Source: Carcharhinus longimanus
Lineage: Eukaryota
Direction: 5' to 3'
DNA length: 64,000 nucleotides
Assembly: GCA_030264375.1 (NCBI GenBank)
Contig: JASCQW010000112.1
Coordinates: 36,556,444 to 36,620,443, forward strand
The number at the start of each line of letters is the position of its first letter. Position 1 is the stretch's first letter. This document shows positions 63,909 through 64,000 of this stretch, one piece after another. The notes under the pieces were generated by a model, which ran no database searches, had not been told where the DNA came from, and saw nothing but the letters and a program-made list of their open reading frames with translations. The translations under genes were made by a program, and so were the position numbers.

Positions 63909-64000
63909 CTGTGGAAAGAAAGTTTACCCTGATTAGTTTGGAGCTAAGAATGCATAGCGCACACATTTGATCCTCTAGCATTAGTTTCTTAGCAAAATAC

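Noticed and set aside
1-64000. CRISPR arrays, operons, rRNA genes or prokaryotic defence systems
   Set aside because: No repeat-spacer periodicity or prokaryotic gene structure; this is intron-rich vertebrate DNA.

Overview
This is vertebrate genomic DNA, most likely a shark or other elasmobranch, judging from HE1-type SINEs, CR1/HER1-type LINEs and Deu-domain SINEs. It is a gapped draft assembly with many N runs. The window holds the conserved TXNDC16 (-) / GPR137C (+) / ERO1A (-) block. It contains the first four coding exons of TXNDC16, a GC/CCAAT-rich bidirectional promoter at about 14.5-14.8 kb, a complete 7-exon GPR137C (411 aa) and the last five exons of ERO1A. All exons were delimited by reading splice sites and comparing translations with remembered human proteins; no database search was run. 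Introns and the intergenic region carry many retroposons, MITE-like elements, a decayed Harbinger transposase and a tRNA-Gln(CTG) probable pseudogene. The most unusual features are: (1) an intact, CpG-rich, RS-coding, SRRM3-like exon stranded in GPR137C intron 1, which would act as a poison exon if spliced in; (2) a perfect 29-bp inverted repeat in the same intron; (3) a composite templated insertion inside the Harbinger remnant; (4) evidence that block 51382-55349 is inverted; (5) a 15-aa C-terminal extension of ERO1A; (6) a tandem duplication in the GPR137C tail. No prokaryote-type system (CRISPR etc.) is present, and the sequence alone does not support a wholly new biological system.
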